This document shows positions 1 through 9,539 of a stretch of 64,000 bases of DNA, piece by piece (position 1 is the stretch's first letter; each line of letters opens with the position of its first letter). This DNA comes from a virus (Duplodnaviria; Caudoviricetes). The stretch spans positions 1-64,000 of the IMG/VR virus record IMGVR_UViG_3300011989_000009. The stretch is one strand, 5' to 3'. Made by a program: the position numbers and the translations under genes. The notes beneath the pieces are model-generated. The model was not told the DNA's origin. It was given only the letters and a program-made list of their open reading frames with translations, and searched no databases.

Positions 1-800
1 ATCTGACGGCTAACCTTCTGAAAGGCATCCTCGAAATAGCGGTCTCGCTTGTCGTACATACGAGTGATTCTTCTTGTCATTCGCTTTATGCCTTGCAGAC
101 TCTTAATAGACTGCAAGTGAGAGAGTGTTTTGTTAAAGTGATTATTGTAAGACTTGAGATATTTTCCGCTATAAATCGTGCAGCCTTCAGAAGTAACCAT
201 CGTAGCGAGATTGTCAAGTCCAAGATCAATAGCAGCGTATTTTGTCTTATCTACGTCAGCTTGTTCTATCTCCTTCTCATAGACAATTTCGACCTTGATG
301 TTGAGTCTGTTTGGTATTAAGCGAACTTGATGGAATGGAATTAGTCTCCCGCCATATTTCTCCCATTGAGGGATAGAGATATACAAATCCTTAGCAAGCC
401 GGATGCTTCCATTCTTAATACTGCACACATTTTTTGTATAATACAAATTAAACATACCGCCACGCTTTCGGTAATTAGGCAGCTTAGGCATCCCATTGTA
501 TTTTTCGGGATGTTTCTTCCAGTCCTTAATACTTTTACAGTAAGCCTTAATATTCTTATCGAGAATAAGCAGCACCTGCTGAGAGCAATGCGATTTTAAT
601 AATCTGTAGTTGCACTGTCCTTCAAGGTTGAAGGTCTTCTTCATGAGCTTATTCATGTCGTTATACCAAGTCCACGTACCATCGGCATCCAGTCGCTGAC
701 GGAACAGATACAGCGCCTGATTGTACAGATTGTTTGAAATTCTAAACAACCTGTCAAGTTCTTCCGTGTGGTGTATGTAAAACTTATAGACTAATATCAT
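1..800 (-). CDS. tnpB: TnpB family RNA-guided nuclease, copy 1 (3' part runs off the window)
   Basis: ATG at 800 (MILVYKFYIHHTEEL). Colinear without indels with 24473-25272 of the complete copy. Contains RuvC-I YAAIDLGLDNL. Confidence 0.9.
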   Translation of the reverse strand, partial: MILVYKFYIHHTEELDRLFRISNNLYNQALYLFRQRLDADGTWTWYNDMNKLMKKTFNLEGQCNYRLLKSHCSQQVLLILDKNIKAYCKSIKDWKKHPEKYNGMPKLPNYRKRGGMFNLYYTKNVCSIKNGSIRLAKDLYISIPQWEKYGGRLIPFHQVRLIPNRLNIKVEIVYEKEIEQADVDKTKYAAIDLGLDNLATMVTSEGCTIYSGKYLKSYNNHFNKTLSHLQSIKSLQGIKRMTRRITRMYDKRDRYFEDAFQKVSRQ

Positions 801-823
801 TTTTCAAATCCTCTTCCATTATT

Positions 824-1180
824 TCAAATTGTACGATTGTACAACTTTTCCTCTACCAACTCACCTAAGCAAATAGGACGCAAAGAGCCATCTTCGTAAG
901 GAACAAATACCTCCAGATCTTCATCCAATAGCTCCTGCATGATACTCAAACGTGCCGAATTAGAATAGATACGATGAATTTCGCTGATGTTTAGCGTAGG
1001 GAATTGTTGCTCCAGCTCACGTCTCACAACACGTACTGGCTTAAAGTCCTGATAGCTGATAATAGCATCAGCCATTCTCCCAATCATCTGCACATTCACA
1101 CTGCATAATGATTCTCCAAAATAAGCAGCAATCTTCTGTTGTATAGCTGCCGACGGATTGGTAATGCTTCTTGTTTCCAT
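824..1180 (-). CDS. Small hypothetical protein between C4-like RNA and tnpB (copy 1)
   Basis: 118-aa ORF, near-identical to 25301-25663. No HUH/Y1 or serine-recombinase motifs. Confidence 0.8.
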   Translation of the reverse strand: METRSITNPSAAIQQKIAAYFGESLCSVNVQMIGRMADAIISYQDFKPVRVVRRELEQQFPTLNISEIHRIYSNSARLSIMQELLDEDLEVFVPYEDGSLRPICLGELVEEKLYNRTI

Positions 1181-1202
1181 CTCTTTGATTTTAGCGCAAA
1201 AA

Positions 1203-1274
1203 ACTGCACTACGTGTTGCTAAGGCTCAAAAAGTAATGCCTCCGGGGTGTTTCCACTACCCGACACGGTGCAGT
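1203..1274 (-). ncRNA. C4-like antisense RNA (copy 1)
   Basis: Outer stem ACTGCAC/GTGCAGT, inner CGTGT/ACACG, a GAAA-tetraloop hairpin and an AGGC..GCCT hairpin. Single-stranded TTAGCAA is complementary to TTGCTAA (1358-1364) and GCGCTAA (1191-1197). Confidence 0.7.
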
Positions 1275-1305
1275 CATGAATATTTTCTGACTAATGGTGA
1301 AGATA

Positions 1306-1333
1306 CAAAAAAATGCCGCTTATGTGGCAGCGG
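1306..1333 (-). terminator. Intrinsic terminator/attenuator between the promoter and the C4-like RNA
   Basis: CCGCT-loop-AGCGG followed by a T-run on the minus strand. Conserved in copy 2 at about 25788-25815. Confidence 0.6.
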
Positions 1334-1367
1334 ATTTTTCATACCTTCTTTTTGATTTTAGCAATGG

Positions 1368-1399
1368 CAAAATTATAAAGTTTTCGCCACACCTGCAAA
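1368..1399 (-). promoter_or_regulatory. Bacteroidota sigma-A promoter of the C4-ORF-tnpB cassette
   Basis: TTTG (1396-1399), N20, TAATTTTG (1368-1375). Conserved in copy 2. Confidence 0.7.
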
Positions 1400-1540
1400 T
1401 TTTTCAGCCTGTATTTTTCACAAATTAAAGTTTTTCTTGTTATTTTTCATTGAATAAGGCGAACTTTGTACCGCAAAGCGGCATCCTACCGAACGGAGCA
1501 AGCGCTGCGTTACGGTTCTTTTGTTTCCTCGCTGTAAGGG

Positions 1541-2398
1541 CTATTTCTTCTTCCGGTCGTCACCCCCATAGTTACCTGGAGCGATACCGCGGCGTGCCAT
1601 GATGATCTGCGCCTGTCGCTTGGCTTTGATACGCTCATAGTCCTCTTTGTCGATGTCTGAGGAGTGAAGATGCAGGTAGTCGTCCTCACGCCGGGAAGGG
1701 TCGATGAAGGTGAAGCCCAAACCGCGACGATAAGGCATCCATGGACGGAGATGGCTGTTATAGTTGTCGTGCCACTCAGGAAGCGGCTGATAGTCGTGCG
1801 CGTCGGAAGCATAAGCACGGCGGTCCTGCATGGTGTAGATGTTCAAGCTCCACCGGCACATTTTCTGCAACTCAGCAAGGACGGCTGCAAAATCGGTGTG
1901 TGCCTCGTCCACGTTATCAAGACAGCCCAAAAGCTCCAGATAGACGTTCAACCCCGGCACCTTGATGATGATACGTGGCTCGTCGAGTTCCTCGTCATAG
2001 ACCATACCCAAGCCCGTGACGTACTGGCGCACGGTGATCCCGCGCTTGCGTGCCTCCTGTCCGTTGCGGAACGCCTCACGACGCTGTTGCAGCCAGTTGA
2101 AACGCTTCTCCTCGTTCTCGCCATACCTCTTCTGCTTGGGCGGCATCTGTCCGGGTGTGAAGGCTTTTACGGGATGAGTCTTGAACGCATGAATCTTGCA
2201 GACGATATGCGGAGCCTCTAAGGAAATGACACAATCGCCAAGGTCACTACGACCTTGTGAGCGTGTCACGATGAAAGGTGCATGACTGGCCATGTCACCT
2301 ACAAACTTAAACACATCCTCATTCCATGCGGGCAGGGAACTAACGTATTCTTTACGGTTCTTATCGTTGTAACGGTTGTTGTTATAATACTTTTCCAT
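1541..2398 (-). CDS. Hypothetical phage protein
   Basis: 285-aa ORF with AT-rich leader. Confidence 0.75.
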   Translation of the reverse strand: MEKYYNNNRYNDKNRKEYVSSLPAWNEDVFKFVGDMASHAPFIVTRSQGRSDLGDCVISLEAPHIVCKIHAFKTHPVKAFTPGQMPPKQKRYGENEEKRFNWLQQRREAFRNGQEARKRGITVRQYVTGLGMVYDEELDEPRIIIKVPGLNVYLELLGCLDNVDEAHTDFAAVLAELQKMCRWSLNIYTMQDRRAYASDAHDYQPLPEWHDNYNSHLRPWMPYRRGLGFTFIDPSRREDDYLHLHSSDIDKEDYERIKAKRQAQIIMARRGIAPGNYGGDDRKKK

Positions 2399-2466
2399 AG
2401 TTGATGATTTAATGAATGAATGAATTGATGAATGAATGAAACAATGAGTTGATGAATTGATGAAGA

Positions 2467-3246
2467 TTACTCCCCGCCACCGGCTGACGCTGCCACCGGT
2501 GCCCCTTGTGCCACGGCCTGCACAGCGGTAAAGGCACCGCCCATGAGCGGGAAGAAGAAGGTGATGGCACCGGCAATAGAGAAGAAACCTATAACGACGC
2601 TCAGAACGACGATCAAGGAAACGACGGTAGCCAACACCTTGGCGAAGTGCGAGGGCTGCTCAGCGGCTATTCTGGCCTCGTAGCGGGCACGTTCCTCGGC
2701 TTCATACTCGGCGGTGATCTTCGCGCGGGCGTCATAAACCTGCTGCATCAGTTCAAGCGGTAAGTCTACGTCGCTCTTCTCCCCGTCGATATACGGCTGC
2801 AAGGAAAACAGCTCAGGCTCCGGCATGATGTCGGCAAGCGTCCGGCGCGGCTGCTTCTCGTCATACGCCAACGGCTCGCTCGCTTCCTCGTCCTCGTCGG
2901 TGTCGGCATAACGGTCGTTGGCCAGTTCTTCTTCCACGTCGACGGGCTCCGGCAACGGTTCAATGACGGGGCGACGCTCAGGCGCTGCGGACTGTACGAG
3001 CTCATTCTTTTCAGTCGCTATAACGTCATCAGATTTCACGTTTTTGTCGTCGGTGGAATCGTCTATCGGCGTACAGAACTGCAAGAGTCCGTGCATAAAA
3101 TGAATGTCCTTGTCGCCGTCGATCTGAAACATCGTCCAGTCAGCAAGATTTTTATCCTGCCATTTCTGGTAGAAGTCATCCTGCGGATCAAAGACGGTGC
3201 AGTTGAACTCGGTGCCGAAGGTGTCGTGAAAATGAAAACGTTTCAT
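2467..3246 (-). CDS. Hypothetical acidic protein with C-terminal transmembrane segment
   Basis: 259 aa, hydrophobic VLATVVSLIVVLSVVIGFFSIAGAITFFF, own promoter at 3300-3307. Confidence 0.75.
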   Translation of the reverse strand: MKRFHFHDTFGTEFNCTVFDPQDDFYQKWQDKNLADWTMFQIDGDKDIHFMHGLLQFCTPIDDSTDDKNVKSDDVIATEKNELVQSAAPERRPVIEPLPEPVDVEEELANDRYADTDEDEEASEPLAYDEKQPRRTLADIMPEPELFSLQPYIDGEKSDVDLPLELMQQVYDARAKITAEYEAEERARYEARIAAEQPSHFAKVLATVVSLIVVLSVVIGFFSIAGAITFFFPLMGGAFTAVQAVAQGAPVAASAGGGE

Positions 3247-3364
3247 AGCGAATGAATTTTGTGAGTCCGAAGGCTCGGTTGAACTTATTTGTGATACTGC
3301 AAAGTTACGAAACTTTTTGGGAATATCATATCAAAGGAAGAAAAACTTTTTAGAAAGAGCGAAA

Positions 3365-3781
3365 TTATTTCTTCTGCTCCTTTTTCGGATAATAGATGCT
3401 CCGCGGATCATCCGGTCCGAATATTTTCAGACGATGCACCTGGGGCAAGATGTCCTCCGGCTTGTCAGGCGACGCCCACCACGCGGCGGCATAGCTCAGA
3501 CAGTCCATGAGAGCTGCCATCACCTCTTTGTGGTTCTGCTGGTTGATGTCGATCGGCTTCTTACCGCCTCCGGCCTGTATCGCCACAAAGTCCTTACGTC
3601 CGTCTACGACGACCACGGTATGATCCCTACGCAACGTCTCAATGATCTTCTCCCGGATGTCGGCCGGTGTGCTGACAATCTGGATGTTCATATACGGGTA
3701 GTCCTCACCCTCTAATATCGTGCAGGCAGGATTCTTCTCGTCTATCCCTGCCACCTTTACCGTAAAATTGTATTTAGCCAT
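3365..3781 (-). CDS. Hypothetical protein
   Basis: Start moved to MAKY at 3781, because the upstream extension is octamer repeat. Confidence 0.7.
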   Translation of the reverse strand: MAKYNFTVKVAGIDEKNPACTILEGEDYPYMNIQIVSTPADIREKIIETLRRDHTVVVVDGRKDFVAIQAGGGKKPIDINQQNHKEVMAALMDCLSYAAAWWASPDKPEDILPQVHRLKIFGPDDPRSIYYPKKEQKK

Positions 3782-3868
3782 AACTGATGAATTGATGAAT
3801 TGATGATTTGATGATTTGATGATTTGATGATTGCTCACAGAGGCTATAAAGCCTCCGTGAGAGAGCTA

Positions 3869-5599
3869 TTAAGCAAGTGTGATACCGAGGAAGTCAGCGA
3901 GCTGTTGCACCTTCTTCTTGCTGACAAACCAACACTGGTGAGCTCTGTTCCAGATGCCGTACGCGCGTAGCTGCTCCCGGATGTCGTAAGTGTCACCCGT
4001 CAGCTTATAGCATTTCTCGCTATAAGGTTCTAACTGGTAGCTACCGTCCTTGACATCCTTGCCGGAAGTCTGTGCGGGAACCGCTTTACCCTTCGCTTTC
4101 TTCTCAGGCTTCACCGGGGCGACGTAAAGATTCGTCATCTCCCAGATACGACGGGCGAAAAGCTCGGCACTGTCAAGCGAGTGGACAAAATCGAACTTCT
4201 CAGTGTCTACACCGAAGTCCTTGCAAAGCTGCTGTGCCTGCTCCATGGTCAGCGGTGTGATCACATTCTGCGAACGCCAGTTGCCCTCAGCATCAAAAGT
4301 GCTGGAATTGGGAGCCACGGCAAGAATTTTCTTCACGGCCTCGGCCTGCCATTCATTGGACATATTACGATGAACTTCTACGCCGTTGTAATCGATGTCC
4401 ATGTACTTCTGGGCGAAGTCTGTGAACTCCATTTGCTCAGCGCCTGCGCAGTCTGTCATGCCATCGAAGGTTTCATAACCCTGCATGAAAAGTTCAAGGT
4501 CTGTCTTCTCGCTGAACTCATCCGCTGTGGGACCGTCGGTATAGTTGACATCCCAAGCACTTCCCCAACTTGCGTTACGACGGATGGAAACTTTCAGTCC
4601 AGGGAACGCCTCGTGGATCATGGCAGAGATGTTAGCACGACGCATCGTAGAGAGTTTGCGGTCGAGGTCTCTATATTCTTTCGTGCCGTAATTCTGCTTT
4701 TTCATAGCCTCTATAACGGGGCGTACATCCTGCATGAGCGGTGCCCATTTCTCGCACCGTGCTTGATAGTCTGCCAACCGCTCGGCCTTTTCCTTGGCCT
4801 CCTGTCGTGCCTCGGCATCCTCTCTCTCCTGACGGGCTTTGCGCTGCGCTGCGAGCTCAGCGGAAAAGGTATTTTCAAAGTCATGTGGGAAGAGAATATA
4901 ACGGGCGTAGCCGAAGCCCTCAGCGTCTACCAGATACCACCTGCCGGACTCATCGATGATGGCGGCTACCTTCGTGTAGAAGGTGTTCCGCTCTTCGTCG
5001 CAAAGGTCCTCATAGGCTTTTCCGTCCTCGACATCCTGAGACTCCACACCGCCAGGGAAGTTCTGCGGATCAGCAGCTACGATGCTGTCCGGGTTTGTCC
5101 ATTCCACGGTGTCAGAAGCGTAGTGGAAGACCTGCTCGACGTGCGCAAACTCACGCATATCGGACATCGTGGCCTCGTGCTTGTCAATGTTACGGGCCAT
5201 ATCGTCGATAGCACCAAGCAGTCCACCGTCGGCCTTTAGATGGCTGTTGTAACCCCAGACGTAATCGCCGACCTGGGGAATATAACCTGCTGTCTGCTCA
5301 TGGGCGGTGGCCTCGTCCTGTCCGACTTTAGCGTGACTTGCTGCCCAGAAATTGCGACGACCGGCAATGACAAGCTCGGCCATGGCCTCGGCTTTTGCCG
5401 TGACGGGCTCGCCGAACTTCTTTACGCAAGCCAGACGCGTCTCAGGTGACATCACACCGGCCCAACCGCAAATGCCTGTATAAGACATTGACGGGTCATC
5501 CCATGTGCCTTCCTTCTTGGCATCGATAATGTGATTGACGAACTTCTTCATCATGTCCGGCATCATTGTGCTTACTGTTGCTGTTGCTGTTGCTTCCAT
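3869..5599 (-). CDS. Polyvalent-type early protein with LPD29-like domain
   Basis: FPGLKVSIRR..VNYTDGPT..FDGMTD resembles LPD29. The C-terminal KLTGDTYDIREQLRAYGIWN domain is typical of phage/ICE leading-region proteins. Confidence 0.65.
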   Translation of the reverse strand: MEATATATVSTMMPDMMKKFVNHIIDAKKEGTWDDPSMSYTGICGWAGVMSPETRLACVKKFGEPVTAKAEAMAELVIAGRRNFWAASHAKVGQDEATAHEQTAGYIPQVGDYVWGYNSHLKADGGLLGAIDDMARNIDKHEATMSDMREFAHVEQVFHYASDTVEWTNPDSIVAADPQNFPGGVESQDVEDGKAYEDLCDEERNTFYTKVAAIIDESGRWYLVDAEGFGYARYILFPHDFENTFSAELAAQRKARQEREDAEARQEAKEKAERLADYQARCEKWAPLMQDVRPVIEAMKKQNYGTKEYRDLDRKLSTMRRANISAMIHEAFPGLKVSIRRNASWGSAWDVNYTDGPTADEFSEKTDLELFMQGYETFDGMTDCAGAEQMEFTDFAQKYMDIDYNGVEVHRNMSNEWQAEAVKKILAVAPNSSTFDAEGNWRSQNVITPLTMEQAQQLCKDFGVDTEKFDFVHSLDSAELFARRIWEMTNLYVAPVKPEKKAKGKAVPAQTSGKDVKDGSYQLEPYSEKCYKLTGDTYDIREQLRAYGIWNRAHQCWFVSKKKVQQLADFLGITLA

Positions 5600-5615
5600 A
5601 ATTGCTAATAATTTG

Positions 5616-5725
5616 TGAGTCTTGCGACTCGGTTCAACTTGTTATTTTTGATATTGCAAAGGTACGAAGAATATCCGAAACCTGCAAGAAAAACGCTAAA
5701 AATCTTTTGGAAAAAGCGAATTTTA
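5616..5725 (-). promoter_or_regulatory. Repeated early promoter plus 5' leader hairpin
   Basis: TACCTTTG at 5657-5664 and AACCGAGTC-GCAA-GACTCA. Near-identical to 7481-7588. Confidence 0.8.
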
Positions 5726-5727
5726 TT

Positions 5728-6003
5728 CTATTGATGATTATCTGAAGAATGAAACGTCCATTTACCGTTCTCGCACTGCATCTGATGGCAATAATCTGCG
5801 GCATGATAGATACCCATGAGATACTGCTCCAGTTGCGGGAGTGGCAAATAAGGCGTAACGGGGTTATACCCTCCAACGTTACCAAAAGGCAGTGCCACCG
5901 TATAGGTATGACAGACGCCTGCACTGATAAACGCCTTGGGGTTGTCCATCTTTACCCAGTTTTCCAATCGCTCCATGAGCTTCTTTTCTTCCTGCTTGTT
6001 CAT
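5728..6003 (-). CDS. Hypothetical protein
   Basis: 91-aa ORF in the early operon. Confidence 0.7.
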   Translation of the reverse strand: MNKQEEKKLMERLENWVKMDNPKAFISAGVCHTYTVALPFGNVGGYNPVTPYLPLPQLEQYLMGIYHAADYCHQMQCENGKWTFHSSDNHQ

Positions 6004-6022
6004 AGTTTTTCCTCCTTCTGTC

Positions 6023-6406
6023 TTAGGCTGACATCTTCACGAACTGTTGATACTCCATCGGCGATACATCATCCAGACTGACAACGGCCTCCGGATAGCC
6101 CATAGAAAGGATGCCTGCAACATGATTGTTGGTCTGATGGCCTGTATTAATGATATGCGCACCATCGAACTGACGGGCACCGTATTGATACACGCGTTCT
6201 ACAGTGTAAACAGCGCCTTCCACCTCCTGAGCACCGAAACGCTCATTACTGATGATGGCTTTGCGAATTTCTTCCTCGGTGGGGTAATGGTCGGCACTGA
6301 GGACGCCTGAGTTGACGGGATAGGTGCCCTCGGAAAAATCCCATGTAAGGATAGCTGCTACAGCGTAAATGCGATAACCTACGAGTTGGCAAATAATCTT
6401 TTCCAT
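6023..6406 (-). CDS. Hypothetical protein
   Basis: 127-aa ORF preceded by a leader hairpin at 6424-6442. Confidence 0.7.
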   Translation of the reverse strand: MEKIICQLVGYRIYAVAAILTWDFSEGTYPVNSGVLSADHYPTEEEIRKAIISNERFGAQEVEGAVYTVERVYQYGARQFDGAHIINTGHQTNNHVAGILSMGYPEAVVSLDDVSPMEYQQFVKMSA

Positions 6407-6517
6407 AGTCCTAAAATTTTTAGTGTGCTATAATGCACGGTTGCTGAATTGATGAATTGATTAATTGATGATTTGATGATTTCCCACAGAGGCTCGCGCC
6501 TCCGTGAGGGAAAAAAA

Positions 6518-7465
6518 TTAAGCCTTGCGGACTTTCATTGTATCAATGCCTAAATTGAGAAGTCCAAGCTCATAGATAGCATTAGACGTAAGAATGCGCT
6601 GCCAAGTGCCGGACGCTGGCGACCAACGGAAACCGTGGCTCTTTAACGTACTACGCACCTCTGCTTCTGGTTTACCGTCGAAGCGTATCTGGAGGCGGTT
6701 ATAAGTGTAGTTCTTGATGACCTCGCAAGTGTCGAAAGCGACGCTTACGCTGCCGGTTTCCTCTTCCTGCTCATTCTTATCGGCAAATCTTTTTGCCAGC
6801 TCAGGCAATCGATACCACTTGTGACGCTTCGTAAAGACCGGCTTCTTGTGTTTACCGTTATATTCCTCTATAAAGGCCATAGCCTTCTCCACGAGTGCCA
6901 TCTTGCCCGCCTGTGCCTTGCGCTCTACCTTGCCATAAATAGACGTAGTAAAGGCCGAACGAACCCACATGTCGCCATCCTCGTCAATACCCTTGATGAT
7001 AGCCAAGCTCTCGGCGATGCCACGGCGCAGCACCGGCCATTCCTCATAATCTTTCTGCTCCTGTGGCTTCGCTGCCTCTACCTTGCGGGCAATAGACCTC
7101 TTGGCACGAGCGCGCCACGTGTCAAAATCATCGATGGCATTTTGATAAGAGGCGTTAGCCTTCTCATTACGACGATAATTAAATTTGGCCGGACCCGTCA
7201 CCATGGGAGAGGCGATACGGCTACTACGTGCGAAAATTGTACGCAGATGCGCTTTAAAATTATCGACATACTCCTGTTGCTCCTCTACCGGGATAGTGGT
7301 CAGATCCTCGGCTAACGTAGCCTCGTAGCCGTTGATTTCAGTGCGTGCAGCACGATCAGGATCAAAGCTGCTCCAGTAGTTGGCCTGACGTGCGGACTCA
7401 TAGAGATCGCTAAGACGGTTTGCACTCATGTTTGCATTCTCAACTGTTTTAACTGTTGCTTCCAT
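6518..7465 (-). CDS. DUF3560-like / leading-region protein
   Basis: SPMVTGPAKF and C-terminal NRLQIRFDGKP..LKSHGFRWSP..GTWQR motifs. Confidence 0.65.
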   Translation of the reverse strand: MEATVKTVENANMSANRLSDLYESARQANYWSSFDPDRAARTEINGYEATLAEDLTTIPVEEQQEYVDNFKAHLRTIFARSSRIASPMVTGPAKFNYRRNEKANASYQNAIDDFDTWRARAKRSIARKVEAAKPQEQKDYEEWPVLRRGIAESLAIIKGIDEDGDMWVRSAFTTSIYGKVERKAQAGKMALVEKAMAFIEEYNGKHKKPVFTKRHKWYRLPELAKRFADKNEQEEETGSVSVAFDTCEVIKNYTYNRLQIRFDGKPEAEVRSTLKSHGFRWSPASGTWQRILTSNAIYELGLLNLGIDTMKVRKA

Positions 7466-7480
7466 AATTACTAATTTTAA

Positions 7481-7588
7481 TGAGTCTTGCGACTCGGTTG
7501 AACTTTATTTTTGATACTGCAAAGGTACGAAGAATATCCGAAACCTGCAAGAAAAACGCTAAAAATCTTTTGGAAAAAGCGAATTATT
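7481..7588 (-). promoter_or_regulatory. Repeated early promoter plus leader hairpin
   Basis: TACCTTTG at 7520-7527; direct repeat of 5616-5725. Confidence 0.8.
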
Positions 7589-8551
7589 TTATGCTGCCAC
7601 CTCAAAAAGATTGCCGTTGCTGTAGAGATGCTTTCGGCCTGCTGCTATCTCCCGGACATCCTCGACGGACAGATGATTATCGGCCGCCCAGCACAGGAAG
7701 CAATCGGCATCATTCTGAGGAGTAAAGCGTACTCCCTCGTCGTTGCTCATCTCCTCTCCGTTCTCATCGAAGAAGTAATCCGGGCAATAGCCACGTCCGT
7801 AATCTCTCCACAGCCAGCCCGCGCGCTGATAGGTGTCGTGAATCAGCACGTCGATGGCTAAATCATCGTCATACAACTTGATCCACTCGTCCGTAAAAAA
7901 GTAGGTTGTCTTAGCACCGTCGTTACCGTTAAGCCAGGAGTCCAGGTCGTCGGCGATACCATATTCCCCAAAAGCCCAATCGTCGCCAAGTAAGATACCC
8001 TCTTTCAGGCAAGCAATGGTGAGATAGACGGCCAGGTCACGTTCGTCACATACTGACAAATTACCGACGTTATAACGGGGATCGAACCATGCGGCGAGCT
8101 CAGCGACAGACTCCGGCATGTAAGAGTTAAAACCGTCGTAAGACTTCCAATTATTAGCAATGAAATTAATGACAGCTTCGTCCTGTTGTACGTCTTCACG
8201 GGTGAGGAAGGCGAGTGCTTTCTTGCGCCAGTCACGTGTCATCACGACATCGAAGAGCAAGGCGTCGTGCCGAAAATTGTACTCACGCGGCTTGTTAATC
8301 ACAGAGTGCACGCGGACGCAGCGCACGCCATACGCTTTCAGGGCGTCGCAAAACGTAAGGTAGAAGTAGTCCTTTGCCTTATGGACGATAAACTCATCGA
8401 TGGAGTCCTGACTGACATAAGTGTAGCAAAAGTCCTCGTGCCAATTGTCGCGGTTATATTCCTCCTCTTTGGTAACGGACGACAGACGGCTGTCATAAGT
8501 CGTAAAATCGATGCAAGGGCACAGACTGGTGTTAATCGTAATTGCTTTCAT
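7589..8551 (-). CDS. Hypothetical protein
   Basis: 320-aa ORF with own promoter. Confidence 0.75.
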   Translation of the reverse strand: MKAITINTSLCPCIDFTTYDSRLSSVTKEEEYNRDNWHEDFCYTYVSQDSIDEFIVHKAKDYFYLTFCDALKAYGVRCVRVHSVINKPREYNFRHDALLFDVVMTRDWRKKALAFLTREDVQQDEAVINFIANNWKSYDGFNSYMPESVAELAAWFDPRYNVGNLSVCDERDLAVYLTIACLKEGILLGDDWAFGEYGIADDLDSWLNGNDGAKTTYFFTDEWIKLYDDDLAIDVLIHDTYQRAGWLWRDYGRGYCPDYFFDENGEEMSNDEGVRFTPQNDADCFLCWAADNHLSVEDVREIAAGRKHLYSNGNLFEVAA

Positions 8552-8566
8552 AACTGAAAATTTTAA

Positions 8567-8672
8567 TGAGTCTTACGACTCGGTTGAACTTTATTTTTGA
8601 TACTGCAAAGGTACGAAGAATATTTGAAACTCGTGTCAATATTTCAGAAAATCTTTCGGAAAAAGCGAATTT
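8567..8672 (-). promoter_or_regulatory. Repeated early promoter plus leader hairpin
   Basis: TACCTTTG at 8606-8613; about 67 bp identical to 10934-11000. Confidence 0.8.
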
Positions 8673-8677
8673 TCTTT

Positions 8678-9010
8678 TTAGAAATCATCTTCATTGTACC
8701 CATCATTTTCTTCATAGAGGCGGTCTTCTTCCTCCTCGGTGAGTGCCCAGAAGTTCCAAGCCTCCGTGAGAATTTCGTCCATATCGGCATCCTGGCGGTC
8801 ACGTGGATTAAAGAAATTAACCTCGGCGACACGCGTCTTGAAAGCCTCGAAGTCGCAAAAATAATCCTCATCGACGTGGCGCAAGAGAATGAAGACTTGC
8901 GGGAAGTCCATCCTGAGGAAGCCCACCTGGTCGGGATGGTCCACGATATTCTCACAATACCACCACGACCGGGTCTGCTCCTTGATACGCTGTAGCTCGT
9001 CTTGCTGCAT
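8678..9010 (-). CDS. Hypothetical acidic protein
   Basis: Start MQQDEL at 9010 abuts the stop of the upstream gene. Confidence 0.7.
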   Translation of the reverse strand: MQQDELQRIKEQTRSWWYCENIVDHPDQVGFLRMDFPQVFILLRHVDEDYFCDFEAFKTRVAEVNFFNPRDRQDADMDEILTEAWNFWALTEEEEDRLYEENDGYNEDDF

Positions 9011-9456
9011 CAGAACGCCCCCCACTTTAGAATATCCGTGTGGGTGCTGCTGCGTGCCCAGAAGTCCTCGACACGGCGGTACAGGGCATCCATCTGTGCG
9101 GCTGTCAACTGCTTGCACTTAGCAATCAGCGCGTCTTTGTCGATGTCCCACTTCTGGCAGGCACCGTCATAGAGTTCTCCATCCTCGATGTTGGCTATAA
9201 TAGACACTGTAGCGTAGCGGAAAGGACCATCCGCGCGCGTACCGTTGAGGATGTCGGCCATACACGCCCATTCCTGAGGCGTAAACCGACCCTTCAACTC
9301 AGCAATACTCGCCTGCTCTATAACGGATAACTTGCAAAGTCCTTCAACGATCTGCTGATTGATGCTTCCGGCATCCAGTGCCGGATTCTCTGACTTCTGT
9401 TGCATCTCCTGATACATGTCGGCAGGGATGCGGACGGTGATATTTTTTGTTTCCAT
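9010..9456 (-). CDS. Putative ribbon-helix-helix DNA-binding protein
   Basis: N-terminal KNITVRIPADMYQEM beta-helix pattern; promoter TATCTTTG at 9481-9488. Confidence 0.55.
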   Translation of the reverse strand: METKNITVRIPADMYQEMQQKSENPALDAGSINQQIVEGLCKLSVIEQASIAELKGRFTPQEWACMADILNGTRADGPFRYATVSIIANIEDGELYDGACQKWDIDKDALIAKCKQLTAAQMDALYRRVEDFWARSSTHTDILKWGAF

Positions 9457-9539
9457 AATGAGATAGTTTTTGATTCGCTGCAAAGATAAGCATATTTTTT
9501 GAATGTGCAAACATTTTTGTTTGCACATTCAAAAAAATT

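Larger units (their letters stand above)
1..1481 (-). mobile_element. C4-like RNA + small ORF + tnpB cassette, copy 1 (partial)
   Basis: Homology with 24473-25962 ends at CCGCnnnGCGG (about 1471-1481). Confidence 0.75.

Noticed and set aside
824-1180. TnpA transposase upstream of tnpB
   Set aside because: No HUH/Tyr motif and no serine-recombinase YARVS or MerR-like HTH motif
1203-1274. tRNA gene
   Set aside because: The size is similar, but it has no T-loop/D-loop consensus or anticodon arm; the antisense target pattern fits a C4-like RNA
4181-5239. Long plus-strand ORFs (e.g. 4181-5239, 18922-19761, 22305-23417, 42541-43383)
   Set aside because: They are antisense shadows of well-supported minus-strand genes, caused by codon bias
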